Of a DNA stretch of 64,000 bases, positions 29,185-39,617 are shown piece by piece. The notes below the pieces were generated by a model, which did not search any database, had not been told where the DNA came from, and worked only from the letters and a program-made list of their open reading frames with translations. This stretch comes from an uncultured Gemmatimonadaceae bacterium (GTDB taxonomy: Bacteria; Gemmatimonadota; Gemmatimonadetes; Gemmatimonadales; Gemmatimonadaceae). A program made the position numbers and the translations under genes. The stretch spans positions 1,280,001-1,344,000 of the forward strand of contig CAWJMB010000002.1 of the NCBI GenBank assembly GCA_963843845.1. The letters run 5' to 3'. Position 1 is the first letter of the stretch; each line of letters opens with the position of its first letter.

Positions 29185-30413
29185 TCAGCCGTCGCGCCCG
29201 TGCGGCAGGTGTGGCACGTGTGGAAGCACCGGACGCGCGACGGCGCCGCGCGACCGCTCGCCGGCGTGGTAGCGCGCGAGCCACGCCGCGCTCCAGCGCG
29301 TCGAACGTGCCGGCGGCGATCGCCGCGCCGCGCGTCGCGCATGAGCGCGACGAGGAAATGTACATTGTGCAGGCTGAGGAGGCGCAGCCCGAGCATCTCG
29401 TCGGCCACGACGAGGTGCCGGAGGTAGGCGCGCGAGAAGCGGGCGCAGGCCGCGCAGCTCGCACTCCGTCGTCGAGCGGCGCGGGGTCGGCGCGGAAGTC
29501 GCGCGTTGCTGATGTTGAGGCGGCCGTCCTGCGTGAGCACCGCGCCCGTTGCGCCCCATCCGCGTCGGCGCGACGCAGTCGAACAGGTCGACGCCGCGCC
29601 GCACCGCCCTCCACGAGATCCTCGGGGAAGCCGACGCCCATGAGGTAGCGCGGGCGGTCGGCCGGCAGCGCCTCGTGCACGACGTCGAGCATGCGCGTAC
29701 ATGTCGGGCTTCGCCTCGCCGACCGACAGCCCGCCGATGCCGTAGCCGATCCAGTCGCCCATGTCGCGGATGCCGCGCGCCGACGCCTCGCGCGCAGCTC
29801 GGCGTGGATGCCGCCCTGCACGATCGGGAACAGCGCCTGGTCGCGCGTCGGCGCGTCGGGGTCGTCGGCGGCGAGCCGCGCGTGCTCGGCGCGGCACCGC
29901 GCGAGCCAGCGGAGCGATGCGCTCGCATCGCGTCGCGCGCGACGATCGGCGTCGCTCTGGCCCGGGGCGACGTGGTCGAACTGCATGATGACGTCGGCGC
30001 CGAGGTTGCGCTCGATGCGCATCACGCTCTCGGCGGTGAAGCGGCGCTTCGAGCCGTCGATGTGGCTGCGGAACTCGACGCCGTCCTCGTCGATCGTGCG
30101 CAGCCCCTCGAGCGAGAACACCTGGAAGCCGCCCGAGTCGGTGAGGATCGGCCCGTCCCACGCCATGAAGCGGTGCAGCCCGCCCATCTCGCGCACCAGC
30201 TCGTCGCCCGGCCGCAGGTGCAGGTGGTACGCGTTCGAGAGGATCATCGTCGCGCCGAGCGCGCGCAGGTCGTCGGGGTCGAGCGCCTTCACCGTGGCGA
30301 GCGTGCCGACCGCCATGAACGTCGGCGTCTCGACGGCGCCGTGCGGCGTCGCGAACGTGCCGGCGCGCGCCGCGCCCCGACGAGGCGTCGGGTCGTGAAT
30401 CGAGAAGGCGCAT
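29185..30413 (-). CDS. tgt: Queuine tRNA-ribosyltransferase (many indels; ends approximate)
   Basis: TPHGAVETPTFMAVGT, LTDSGGFQVFSL, IVQGG, GGLSVGE, RYLMGVG, DCVAPTR, HN motifs. Confidence 0.93.
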
Positions 30414-31475
30414 CACAGAATGACCATCGCGTCGCCGTACGAGTAGAAGCGATACCCCTCGCGCACGGCGACGTCGTACGCGTGCATCGTGAGCTCGTAG
30501 CCGGCGAACGCCGCGACGAGCATGAGCAGCGTCGAGCGCGGCAGGTGGAAGTTGGTGACGAGTCGGTCGACGGCGCGGAAGCGATACGCCGGGCCGGATG
30601 AACAGCGCCGTGTCGCGCGACTCGGCGCGCACGACGCCGTCCTCGCCGGCCGCGCTCTCGAGCGTGCGAGCCGACGTCGTGCCGACCGCCCAGACCTGCC
30701 CGCCGGCGCGCGCGCGCCGCGTTCACGCTCGCCGCGGCGCTCGTGCTCACGTCGTACCACTCCTCGTGCATCACGTGCTCGGCGGGGTCGTCGACCGTCG
30801 ACCGGCTTGAACGTGCCGGCTCCGACGTGCAGCACGACCTCGGCGCGCGCCACGCCGCGCGCGGCGACCGCGTCGAGCAGCTCGGGCGTGAAGTGCAGGC
30901 CGGCCGTCGGCGCCGCGACCGAGCCGCTCTCGCGCGCGTAGACGGTCTGGTAGCGTGCGACGTCGTCGTCGCCGTCGCCACGCGCGATGTACGGCGGCAG
31001 CGGCACGTGGCCGTAGCGCTCGATCGCGTCGTCGACGTCGCCGCGCGCGACCAGCCGCACGAGCCGAGTGCCGCGCCCCGTCGTTCCGAGGATCTCCACC
31101 GCGAAGTCCGGCGCGATCGTCACGCGGCGGCCGGGCCTGAGCTTCGCGCCGGGGCTCACCATCGCCTCGTACGTCGCCGGCTCGCTCGAGGCACGGAGCA
31201 GCATGACTTCCGCCGGCGCGCCCGATCGCGCGCGTGCCGAGCAGTCGCGCACGGAAGACGCGCGTCGCGTTGAGCACCATCACGTCTCCCGCCGCCATGA
31301 GCGACGGCAGGTCGGTGAACGCGCGGTGCGCGATCGTCGCCGCACCGCGGTCGACGACCATGAGCCGGCTCGCGTCGCGCCGCGCGAGCGGCGTCTGGGC
31401 GATGAGCGACGGCGGCAGCGCGAAGTCGTAGTCCGCGGTGCGCGCTCCGGGCGCGTGGGGGAAGGGTGCCGACAT
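30413..31475 (-). CDS. queA: S-adenosylmethionine:tRNA ribosyltransferase-isomerase (indels)
   Basis: YDFALPPSLIAQTP, GHVPLPPYI, YQTVYA, AAPTAGLHFT, LHVGAGTF, TNFHLPRSTL, YRFYSYGDAM. Confidence 0.95.
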
Positions 31476-31559
31476 CCCTACGAAGCTAATCGCGTCCGCC
31501 TAACGCTCGGCGCGGGGTCGCCAGCTTGCCAGCGGTCCCACGCGGTCCCAACGTTGTGC

Positions 31560-32477
31560 ATGACGCTCCCTCTGCCGCACGCGCCCCCGGTCGCGCGGGC
31601 GCCCGGCCTGTGCCCCTCGTGCGACGCGACCGTCGACGCGCCGCGCTACTGCGGCTCGTGCGGCGAACGTCGCGCCGAGGACCAGCCGCGGACGGTGCGC
31701 GCGCTCGCGGACGAAGCGTGGGACGTCTTCTCGCCGGTCGACGGGCGCATCGCGCGCACGCTGTGGACGCTGATGCGCCGGCCGGGCGCGCTCGTCACCG
31801 AGTACATGCGCGGCGCGCGGCGGCGGTACGTGCCGCCGCTGCGACTCTTCGTCGTCGTGAACGTCGTGTTCTTTCTCTACGCCTCGTTCGTCGGCAACCG
31901 GATGTACGACACGCCGCTCTCCGTGCACGTCAGCGCCACGCCATACCAGGCCGTCGCGCGACGAGCGTTGCTCCGCCGAGTGCCGCCGCGAGCGGGCGAA
32001 GTCGCGGCCACGTACGATCGGCGTATCGGGCGCGAGTACGCGGCCCGTTTCAACCGCGCGAGCACGACGCAGGCGAAATCGCTCGTCATCTCGATGGTGC
32101 CGATGTTCGCGGCGATCCTGGTGCTCGTCGAGTGGCGGCGGCGTCGCGGGCTGCTGCAGGACGCGGTGCTCGCCCTGCACACGATCGCCCTCTTCCTGCT
32201 GCTGTCGATCGCCGCGCCGTGGCTGGTGCGGATCCCGCTCGCGGCCGCCGCCGCGCTGGTCGGCGCACCCTTCCGCGACGGCACCTACGACGCGGCGTTC
32301 GGCGTCGTCTCGCTCACGATCCTCGGCGTCTGGACGCGCGCCGCACTTCGACGCGTGTACGGCGACGGAGTCGTGGCCTCGACCGTCAAAGCCGTGATCC
32401 TGATGTTCGGCGTCGCAGTGGTGCTGATGAGCTACCGCGCGCTGCTCTTCTTCACGACGCTCTACGCCACTACTTGA
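31560..32477 (+). CDS. DUF3667-like membrane protein with an N-terminal zinc ribbon
   Basis: CPSC..YCGSCGE; DGRIARTL..L..RPG..T.EY..G.R.RYVPPLRLF; multiple TMs. Confidence 0.8.
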   Translation: MTLPLPHAPPVARAPGLCPSCDATVDAPRYCGSCGERRAEDQPRTVRALADEAWDVFSPVDGRIARTLWTLMRRPGALVTEYMRGARRRYVPPLRLFVVVNVVFFLYASFVGNRMYDTPLSVHVSATPYQAVARRALLRRVPPRAGEVAATYDRRIGREYAARFNRASTTQAKSLVISMVPMFAAILVLVEWRRRRGLLQDAVLALHTIALFLLLSIAAPWLVRIPLAAAAALVGAPFRDGTYDAAFGVVSLTILGVWTRAALRRVYGDGVVASTVKAVILMFGVAVVLMSYRALLFFTTLYATT

Positions 32478-32480
32478 TTG

Positions 32481-32561
32481 GTTCTGACGCAAGGAACGGA
32501 AGGGACGGAAGAACGCATCGGCGCGCACTTCTTCTGTTCCTTCCGTTCCTTCTGTCAGAAC
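32481..32561. terminator. 33-bp-arm purine/pyrimidine hairpin between convergent DUF3667 and ruvB (bidirectional terminator or REP-like)
   Basis: gttctgacgcaaggaacggaagggacggaagaa (32481-32513) pairs with ttcttctgttccttccgttccttctgtcagaac (32529-32561), with 4 mismatches. Confidence 0.65.
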
Positions 32562-33631
32562 AAGGCGCCCTGCACCCCGGCGTTCGGCGGCGCCGCGACC
32601 GGCGGCGTGTAGCCGAAATGCCGGTAGGCCTGCGCGGTCGCCACGCGCCCCCGCGGCGTACGCTGCAGGAAGCCGTGCTGCACGAGGAACGGCTCGTACA
32701 CCTCCTCGATCGTCCCCGGGTCCTCGCCGACGACCGCCGCGATCGTCGAGATGCCGACCGGGCCGCCGTCGTGCTTCTCGATGATCGCGCGGATGACGCG
32801 CGCGTCCATGTCGTCCAGCCCGAACTCGTCGACGTCGAGCCGCCGCAGCGCCTCGTTCGCGACGTCGCGCGTGATGTGCCCCTCGGCCTCGACCTGCGCG
32901 TAGTCGCGCACACGCTTCAGCAGGCGGTTCGCGATGCGCGGGGTGCCGCGCGACCGGCGCGCGATCTCCGCGGCGCCGTCGATCTCGATCGGCACCTGCA
33001 GCACTTCGGCCGTGCGGCGCACGATCAGCTCGAGGGCGTCCTCGGGGTAGTAGTTCAGCCGCTCGACGATGCCGAACCGCGCGCGCATCGGCGACGTCAG
33101 CATCCCGAAGCGCGTCGTCGCGCCGACGAGCGTGAACCGCTCGATCGGCATCGTGATCGTCGTCGCTTTCGGCCCCTCGCTCAGGCGGATGTCGATCTTG
33201 TAGTCCTCCATCGCCGGATAGAGGAACTCCTCGATGACGGGGCGCAGGCGGTGGATCTCGTCGATGAAGAGGATGTCCCCCTCGCGCATGTTCGTGAGCT
33301 TCCCCACGAGGTCACCCGGCTTCTCGATCGCCGGCCCGCTCGTCGTGTGGATGTTCACGCTCAGCTCGCGCGCGATCAGCTCCGCGAGCGTCGTCTTGCC
33401 GAGTCCGGGCGGGCCGTGGAAGAGCAGATGGTCGAGCGGCTCGCGGCGCGCCATCGCCGCCTGGATCGCGATGCGGAGGTTGTCCTTGACCTTCTCCTGT
33501 CCGATGAACTCGGCCAGGCGCTGCGGGCGGAGCGACAGCTCGACGACGCTCTCGTCGCTCAGCGCCTCGGGCGTCGTGATCTCGGCGCGCGGCGGCGCGG
33601 GGACGGCGGGGCGGGGGGGGCGTGGCGGCAT
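32555..33631 (-). CDS. ruvB: Holliday junction helicase RuvB
   Basis: [51 protein letters not shown]. Confidence 0.98.
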   Translation of the reverse strand: MPPRPPRPAVPAPPRAEITTPEALSDESVVELSLRPQRLAEFIGQEKVKDNLRIAIQAAMARREPLDHLLFHGPPGLGKTTLAELIARELSVNIHTTSGPAIEKPGDLVGKLTNMREGDILFIDEIHRLRPVIEEFLYPAMEDYKIDIRLSEGPKATTITMPIERFTLVGATTRFGMLTSPMRARFGIVERLNYYPEDALELIVRRTAEVLQVPIEIDGAAEIARRSRGTPRIANRLLKRVRDYAQVEAEGHITRDVANEALRRLDVDEFGLDDMDARVIRAIIEKHDGGPVGISTIAAVVGEDPGTIEEVYEPFLVQHGFLQRTPRGRVATAQAYRHFGYTPPVAAPPNAGVQGALF

Positions 33632-33779
33632 GCGAAAGCGACCTGCGACTCTGGGAACGACCGACCGGACCGGAACGCCGAAATCTACCCCGAAGAGGGG
33701 CCGAAGTCACGTCGCGGCGCCTGGCGGCGAGGCTGCGGGTGAGACACGATAGCGCGTCTCGATCCCGAGGGTATCTCCG

Positions 33780-34592
33780 ATGACCGGTCCGATCACGTCG
33801 TCCGGCACGACGCCGTTCACGGGCGTCACGCCCCCATTCCTGCCGAAGGAGGCCGTGTTCGACGGCGACATCCGCCGCGGCGCGCCGGCGAAGCGCGCGC
33901 GCTTCGTTCAGGAGTGGCTGTCCTTGCACGGCGTGAGAGTCTCGATCGACGACGACTTCGGCGGCGTGACCGAGGCGGCCGTCAAGACGTTCCAGAGCGG
34001 CGCCGGTCTGCCGCAGACGGGGGTCGTCGACCGCCTCACGTTCGACCGGCTCGTCGCGCCGATGCTCGCCGCGCTCCGCCCGATCGCGGCGCCGCCGCCG
34101 GGTGCTCTCGGGTCGACGCTGGGCCAGATGACGGTCGCGTACGCGAAGCAGCATCTCGCCCAGCACCCGCGCGAAGTCGGCGGCGAGAACATGGGGCCCT
34201 GGGTGCGACTCTACATGGACGGCAACCAGGGGAAGGCGTGGCTCTGGTGCTCGGGCTTCGCGACGTTCGTGCAGCGCCAGGCGGCGCAGACGTTGGGCAC
34301 CAAGGTCCCGATCGCGCGCACGTTCTCGTGCGACGAGGCCGCGGCCGGCGCGAAGAAGAAGGGGTGCTTCATCGCCGGCTGCCCGGACTTCAAGCAGATC
34401 ACCCCCGGCTCGCTCTTCCTCGTGCAGAAGACGGCGAGCGACTGGCAACACGTCGGCATCGTCGTGAGCGCCGGGCGCGACGCGTTCCACACGATCGAGG
34501 GGAACACGAACGACGACGGGTCGCGCGAGGGGTTCGAGGTGTGCGCGCGCGTGCGCGGCTACGACAAGAAGGACTTCGTGCTCGTCGCGTGA
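33780..34592 (+). CDS. Peptidoglycan-binding domain + CHAP amidase/peptidase
   Basis: DDDFGGVTEAAVKTFQ..GL..TGVVD (PG_binding_1); WCSGFA, HVGIV, IEGNTN (CHAP Cys-His-Glu/Asn motifs). Confidence 0.85.
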   Translation: MTGPITSSGTTPFTGVTPPFLPKEAVFDGDIRRGAPAKRARFVQEWLSLHGVRVSIDDDFGGVTEAAVKTFQSGAGLPQTGVVDRLTFDRLVAPMLAALRPIAAPPPGALGSTLGQMTVAYAKQHLAQHPREVGGENMGPWVRLYMDGNQGKAWLWCSGFATFVQRQAAQTLGTKVPIARTFSCDEAAAGAKKKGCFIAGCPDFKQITPGSLFLVQKTASDWQHVGIVVSAGRDAFHTIEGNTNDDGSREGFEVCARVRGYDKKDFVLVA

Positions 34593-34650
34593 GTCGCGCT
34601 GCCACGGTCGGGCGGGCCCGGATCGGCCCGCCCGCGCCAGACCCGCTGCG

Positions 34651-35808
34651 CTAGACCAACGCGCGCAACGCCGACAGCCGCTCCGCCGCCGCCTCGAGCG
34701 TCTCGAGCTTCTTGCAGAACGCGAAGCGCGTCAGCCGCTTCCCGTCGCTCGACTCGCGGTAGAAGCTCGACCCCGGCACGGTCGCGACGCCCCCCTCGCG
34801 CGCGAGCCACTTCGCGAACGTGACGTCGTCCTTGTCGCTCAACTCGCTGAAGCCGCACAGCACGTAGTACGCCCCCTCGGGCAGCGTCAGCGTGAAGCCG
34901 GCGTCGACGAGCGCGCCGCAGATCAGGTCGCGCCGCGCCTTGTAGTCGAGCGTCAGGTGGTTGTAGTAGTCGGCGTCGAACGCCATGCCGACCGCCGCGG
35001 CCGCCTGCAGCGGCGCCGGCGCGCCGCACGTCAGGAAGTCGTGCACCTTGCGGATCGCGACCGACACCTCCGCGGGCGCGATCGAGTAGCCGAGCCGCCA
35101 GCCGGTGCAGCTGAACGTCTTCGAGAGCCCGGAGATCGTGATCGTGCGCTCGCGCATCCCCGGCCACGTCGCCATCACGTGGTGGTGCCCGGCGTAGACC
35201 ATGTGCTCGTAGATCTCGTCGGTGATGACCCACGGCACGTCGTACTGCTGCACGAGCCGCGCGATCATGTCCATCTCGGCGCGCGTGAACACCTTGCCGG
35301 CGGGGTTGTGCGGCGTGTTCACGATGATCGCCTTCGGGCGGCGCTTGAGGGCGGCTTCCAGGCGCTCCTCATCGATGCGCCAGTCGGGCGCGACCAGCGG
35401 CACGAAGATCGGCGTCGCGCCCGACAGGATGGCGTCGGGGCCGTAGTTCTCGTAGAACGGCTCGAACACGACGATCTCGTCGCCCGGATTCAGGATCGCG
35501 AGACACACCGCGGCCATGACTTCCGTCGCGCCGCACATCACGGTCACGTGGCGATCGGGGTCGACCTCCATGTGATACCACCGGCGGTACTTCTCGGCGA
35601 TCGCGAGGCGCAGCTCGGCCGTGCCCCACGTGACCGCGTACTGATTGATGTCGCCCTGGATCGCCGCGCACGCCGCGTCCTTCATCGGCGCCGGCATCGC
35701 GAAGTCGGGGTAGCCCTGCGAGAGGTTGATCGCGCCATGCTGCTGCGCGTAGCGGGTCATCTCGCGGATGACGGACTCGGTGAACGTGCTGGCGCGCTGC
35801 GAGATCAT
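34651..35808 (-). CDS. PLP-dependent aminotransferase class I/II
   Basis: INLSQGYPDF, NTPHNPAGKV, TDEIYEH, SGLSKTFSCTGWRLG, RFAFCK. Confidence 0.93.
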   Translation of the reverse strand: MISQRASTFTESVIREMTRYAQQHGAINLSQGYPDFAMPAPMKDAACAAIQGDINQYAVTWGTAELRLAIAEKYRRWYHMEVDPDRHVTVMCGATEVMAAVCLAILNPGDEIVVFEPFYENYGPDAILSGATPIFVPLVAPDWRIDEERLEAALKRRPKAIIVNTPHNPAGKVFTRAEMDMIARLVQQYDVPWVITDEIYEHMVYAGHHHVMATWPGMRERTITISGLSKTFSCTGWRLGYSIAPAEVSVAIRKVHDFLTCGAPAPLQAAAAVGMAFDADYYNHLTLDYKARRDLICGALVDAGFTLTLPEGAYYVLCGFSELSDKDDVTFAKWLAREGGVATVPGSSFYRESSDGKRLTRFAFCKKLETLEAAAERLSALRALV

Positions 35809-35917
35809 CGGAAGCGGACGGAGTGGAAGTCGGCCGCCGCGGCGTGCGGGGCGAAGCGACGCCGCGGAGTCTAGCGTTCTACGCGGCGCCCCGGGGAGGC
35901 GCTGGACGGCCGGCGCC

Positions 35918-36520
35918 TCAGCGCGCTCCGACCTTCGCCAGCGCCCCGCGGATCAGCTCCGGCGCCGAGAGCTTCCCGCCGCTCGCGTCGAGCGCCGCCT
36001 TGACCGCCCGCTCCGCGTCGATCGTCGTGTAGCCGAGGGAGACGAGGGCGCGGATCGCGTCGTCGGCCGCGGCACTCGCGGGGCGCGGCCCGCCGCCCGA
36101 CGCGTCGGCCTGCACGTCGTCCAGCTTGTCGGCGAGGTCCAGAATGAGCTGCTCGGCCTTCTTCCGCCCGACGCGCGGTACGCTCTGCAGCAGCGCGACG
36201 TCGCGCTCGCGGATCGCCCGCACGACGCGATCCGCCGTGAGCGTCGACAGCAGGCCTAACGCGAGCGCCGGACCCACGCCCTTGGCGCCCAACACGCGTT
36301 GAAACACCCGCCGCTCGAACGGCGTCGCGAAGCCGAACAGCTGCCACCCGTCTTCCTTCACGACGAGGTGCGTGTGCAGCGCCGCGTCCTCGCCGAGCTT
36401 CGGCAGCGACTCGTAGACGGAGAGCGGGATCAGCAACTCGTAGCCGACCCCGCCCTTCGTGAGGATCTCGACGCGATCGAGCTCTTTGGCGACGACGCGC
36501 CCGGCGACGTGAACGATCAT
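35918..36520 (-). CDS. ruvA: Holliday junction DNA-binding protein RuvA
   Basis: GVGYE, HLVVKED..LFGF, GVGPALAL, VGRKKAEQLILDL, ALVSLGY. Confidence 0.97.
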   Translation of the reverse strand: MIVHVAGRVVAKELDRVEILTKGGVGYELLIPLSVYESLPKLGEDAALHTHLVVKEDGWQLFGFATPFERRVFQRVLGAKGVGPALALGLLSTLTADRVVRAIRERDVALLQSVPRVGRKKAEQLILDLADKLDDVQADASGGGPRPASAAADDAIRALVSLGYTTIDAERAVKAALDASGGKLSAPELIRGALAKVGAR

Positions 36521-36525
36521 GGCGG

Positions 36526-36573
36526 GGTCAGGGCGTGGTCAGGGCGGGGTAGGGCGTGGTCAGGGCGTGGTCA
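36526..36573. repeat. Tandem 11-bp repeat (GGTCAGGGCGT x ~4.5) between ruvC and ruvA
   Basis: Units at 36526, 36537, 36548 (10 nt), 36558 and a partial at 36569 that includes the ruvC stop. Confidence 0.85.
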
Positions 36574-37074
36574 CGGCAGAAGCGCGCGGGAGAGCGACGG
36601 AAGGTTCGGCGCCATGCAATACGTGAGCGCCGCCGCGACGCCGTCGGCCGCGTCGGACGGCGTCGGCACGGCCTTGAGTCGGAGCAGGCGCGTGAGCATG
36701 AACTGCACCTGCTCCTTCGTCGCCGCGCCCGTGCCGACGACGGCCTTCTTGATCTCCGCCGGCGGGTACTCGTGGACGGTCAGCCCGGCCAGCTCGCCGG
36801 CGAGCAGGATGACCCCGCGCGCGTGTCCCAACGTCACCGTCGTGCGGACGTTCTTCGCGTAGAAGATGCTCTCGACCGCGAGCGCGTCGGGGCGGTGTCT
36901 GGCGATCAACTCGCTGACCCCCTCGTAGATCTCGCGCAGCCGCGCCGGCAGCGGATCGCGCGCCCGCGTCCGCACCACGCCGCACTCGAGGAGCTGCGTC
37001 GACCCGCGCGGATCGCGCCGCACGACGCCGTAGCCGGTCGTCGCGGTGCCCGGGTCGATGCCGAGGACTAGCAC
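36571..37074 (-). CDS. ruvC: Crossover junction endodeoxyribonuclease RuvC
   Basis: LGIDPG..TGYG, AVESIF, LGHARG, IKKAVVGTGAATKEQV, DAADGVAAA. Confidence 0.97.
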   Translation of the reverse strand: MLVLGIDPGTATTGYGVVRRDPRGSTQLLECGVVRTRARDPLPARLREIYEGVSELIARHRPDALAVESIFYAKNVRTTVTLGHARGVILLAGELAGLTVHEYPPAEIKKAVVGTGAATKEQVQFMLTRLLRLKAVPTPSDAADGVAAALTYCMAPNLPSLSRALLP

Positions 37075-37082
37075 GACGGACA

Positions 37083-37155
37083 GCCGGGGATCGGGGATCG
37101 GCGGTCGGGACGTGCGTCAGCCCCGAGCCCCCATCCCCGATCCCCGATCCCCGGC
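37083..37155. repeat. GGGGATC-heptamer inverted-repeat element (copy 2)
   Basis: Perfect 19-bp arms gccggggatcggggatcgg (37083-37101) and ccgatccccgatccccggc (37137-37155). Confidence 0.88.
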
Positions 37156-37158
37156 ACG

Positions 37159-37902
37159 TCAGGCCTCCGCCAACGCCGCCGCATCGATGTCGAAGTTGCC
37201 CTCGACCTTCTGCACGTCGTCGAGATCCTCGAGCGCGTCGAGCAGCTTCACGAGCGCCTGCGCGTCGTCGCCGGCGACCGCGACGGTGCTCTTGGGCACC
37301 CAGTTCAGCGCCGCCTCGCTCGTCTCGATCCCCTTCGCGGCGAGCGCCTCGCGCACGGCGTGCAGCATCGCCGGCTCGGTCGTCACGACCCACTGATCCT
37401 CGTCGCGCGCCACGTCCTCGGCGCCGGCGTCGAGTGCGGCTTCCATGATCAGCTCCTCGTCCCACTTCGTCGCGTCGGCCTGCATCTGCCCCTTCCGATC
37501 GAACAGGAACGCGACCGAGCCCGAGGTGCCCATGTTGCCCCCGTTGCGAGAGAGCTTGTGGCGGATGTCGGCGACCGTGCGCGTCGGGTTGTCGGTCAGC
37601 GTCTGGATCATGAGCGCGACGCCGCCGGGCCCGTATGCCTCGTACATCACGTCCTGGTAGTCGACTCCCTCGAGCTCGCCCGTCCCCTTCTTCACCGCGC
37701 GCTCGATGTTCTCCTTCGGCATCGAGTTCTGCTTCGCGGTGTCGATCGCGAGGCGGAGCCGCGGGTTGTGCTCGGGGTCACCACCGCCGCCCTTCGCCGC
37801 GACGGTGATCTCGCGGATGAGCTTCGTGAAGAGCGCGCCGCGCTTCTTGTCGGTCGCGGCTTTGTAATGCTTGATCTGCTTCCACTTGCTGTGGCCGGCC
37901 AT
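37159..37902 (-). CDS. yebC: YebC/PmpR family protein
   Basis: MAGHSKW, NPRLR, YEAYGPGG, TDNPTRT, LEDLDDVQ; upstream of ruvC as usual. Confidence 0.96.
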   Translation of the reverse strand: MAGHSKWKQIKHYKAATDKKRGALFTKLIREITVAAKGGGGDPEHNPRLRLAIDTAKQNSMPKENIERAVKKGTGELEGVDYQDVMYEAYGPGGVALMIQTLTDNPTRTVADIRHKLSRNGGNMGTSGSVAFLFDRKGQMQADATKWDEELIMEAALDAGAEDVARDEDQWVVTTEPAMLHAVREALAAKGIETSEAALNWVPKSTVAVAGDDAQALVKLLDALEDLDDVQKVEGNFDIDAAALAEA

Positions 37903-37940
37903 GGAACGGGCGGGAGAAGGTTCGGGTGCTGACGGAAGAA

Positions 37941-38000
37941 TAACAGCCGGAGATCGCGGATCGGGGATCGTCGGCACCGATCCCCGATCTCCGGCTGTTA
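37941..38000. repeat. GGGGATC-family inverted repeat (copy 3) in the yebC / porX-like divergent promoter
   Basis: Perfect 16-bp arms taacagccggagatcg (37941-37956) and cgatctccggctgtta (37985-38000), plus an inner gatcggggatcg/cgatccccgatc pairing. Confidence 0.85.
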
Positions 38001-38011
38001 GCTTCTCTCGC

Positions 38012-39569
38012 ATGGCGAAGCACCTGCTCTGGGTCGACGACGAAGCCGAGCTGCTCGAGCCGCACCGCATCTTCCTCCGCGAGCGCGGCTACGACGTCGA
38101 GCTCGTGGCGAACGCGGACGACGCGCTCGACCTGGTGCGCAGCCAGCCGTTCGATCTCGTGCTGCTCGACGAGCAGATGCCCGGCAAGCGCGGGCTCGAG
38201 GTGTACCGCGAGCTGCGCGAGCTGGCGCCGAACCTGCCCGTCGTGATGGTGACGAAGAGCGAGGAGGACGCGACGTTCCGCGAGGCGATCGGCGCCAACG
38301 TGCGCGACTACCTCGTGAAGCCGGTCAACCCGCGCCAGGTGCTCGCCGCTGTCGCCCGCCTCCTCGAAGGCGCGACGATCCGCTCGCAGGCCGTCGCCCG
38401 CGCGATTCGTCGAGCGGTTCCGCGCCCTCGAGCTGGAGCGCGACACGAACCTCGACTGGCGCGGCTGGATCGACCGGTACGCCGAGCTGATGCGGTGGGA
38501 CGTCGATCTCGCGGCTGCCGGCGAGATGGGGCTGCTACGACTCGCTCCGCGCGCTCTATCCCGACATGCACCGCGAGTTCGCGGCGTTCATGCGGACGAG
38601 TATCCGGCGTGGCTTGCCGAGCTCGAGGGCGACCGGCCGCCGCTCTCCGTCGACGTCGTCGACGGAGTTCGTGCTGCCGCTCATCGGCGCGCGGCAAGCC
38701 CGCGGTGTTCATCGTCGTCGACTGCCTGCGCCTCGACCAGTGGCGCGTGCTCGAGCCGCTGCTCGGCGCCGTTCTTCGACGTCGAGACGACGCACTACTA
38801 CGCGGTGCTGCCGACGGCGACGCCCTACTCGCGCAACGCGCTGTTCAGCGGGCCTCTTCCCGAGCGAGCTCGCCGCGCGCTTCCCGGACTGGTGGGGCGA
38901 GCGCGACGACGAGACGCTGAACGCGCACGAGCGCGAGCTGCTGAGCGCGCATCTCGAGGAGCTGCGCGGCCCGACGCAGGTCCGCTACCAGAAGATCTCG
39001 AACGCGCTCGACTCCGACGATCTCGAGCGCCACCTGCCGGGCGCTGCTCGCTCGGCGAGGGGGTCTCGGCGTTCGTGTTCAACTTCATCGACCTGCTGAC
39101 GCACGGCCGATCGGAGTCGATGATCCTCTACGAGGTCGCGCGCGACGAGATCGCGCTTCGCCAGCTCACGCTGCAGTGGTTCCAGCGCTCGGCGCTGTTC
39201 ACGCTGCTCAAGGAAGCGTCGCGCCGCAAAGTGCACGTCGTGCTGACGAGCGACCACGGCTCGATCCACTGCAACACGCCGGCGACGGTATTCGCGAAGC
39301 GCGACGCGACGGCGAACCTGCGCTACAAGTTCGGCGAGGACCTGCGCGCGGAGCGGCCAGAGCAGGCGATGATGTTCACCGACCCCGCCGTGCTGAAGCT
39401 GCCGCAGCGCGGCTACAGCGCGAACACGCTGATGGCGGTCGGCGACACGTTCTTCGTCTATCCCACCAAGCTGCGCGAGTATCAGGGGCGCTACCGCGGC
39501 TCGTTCCTGCACGGCGGCGTGACGCCGGAGGAGTGCATCCTGCCGCTCGCGCTGCTCACGCCGCGGTGA
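38012..39569 (+). CDS. PorX-like response regulator receiver + PglZ/alkaline-phosphatase-fold protein (indels 38400-39060)
   Basis: LLWVDDE..LLDEQMPG..VVMVTKSEE..DYLVKP receiver; FIVVDCLRLDQW, LPTATPYSRNALFSG, TSDHG, RYKFG, FLHGG..EE PglZ-like motifs. Confidence 0.85.
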
Positions 39570-39617
39570 GCCGCGTGAGCCGTTCGAGTCGTCCGAGCCG
39601 TCACCGGTAGGCACCGG

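Noticed and set aside
27215..31475. Programmed frameshifting or pseudogenisation of fmt, def, yajC, tgt and queA
   Set aside because: Several indels per gene, no slippery-site pattern, and essential functions affected; assembly error is far more parsimonious.
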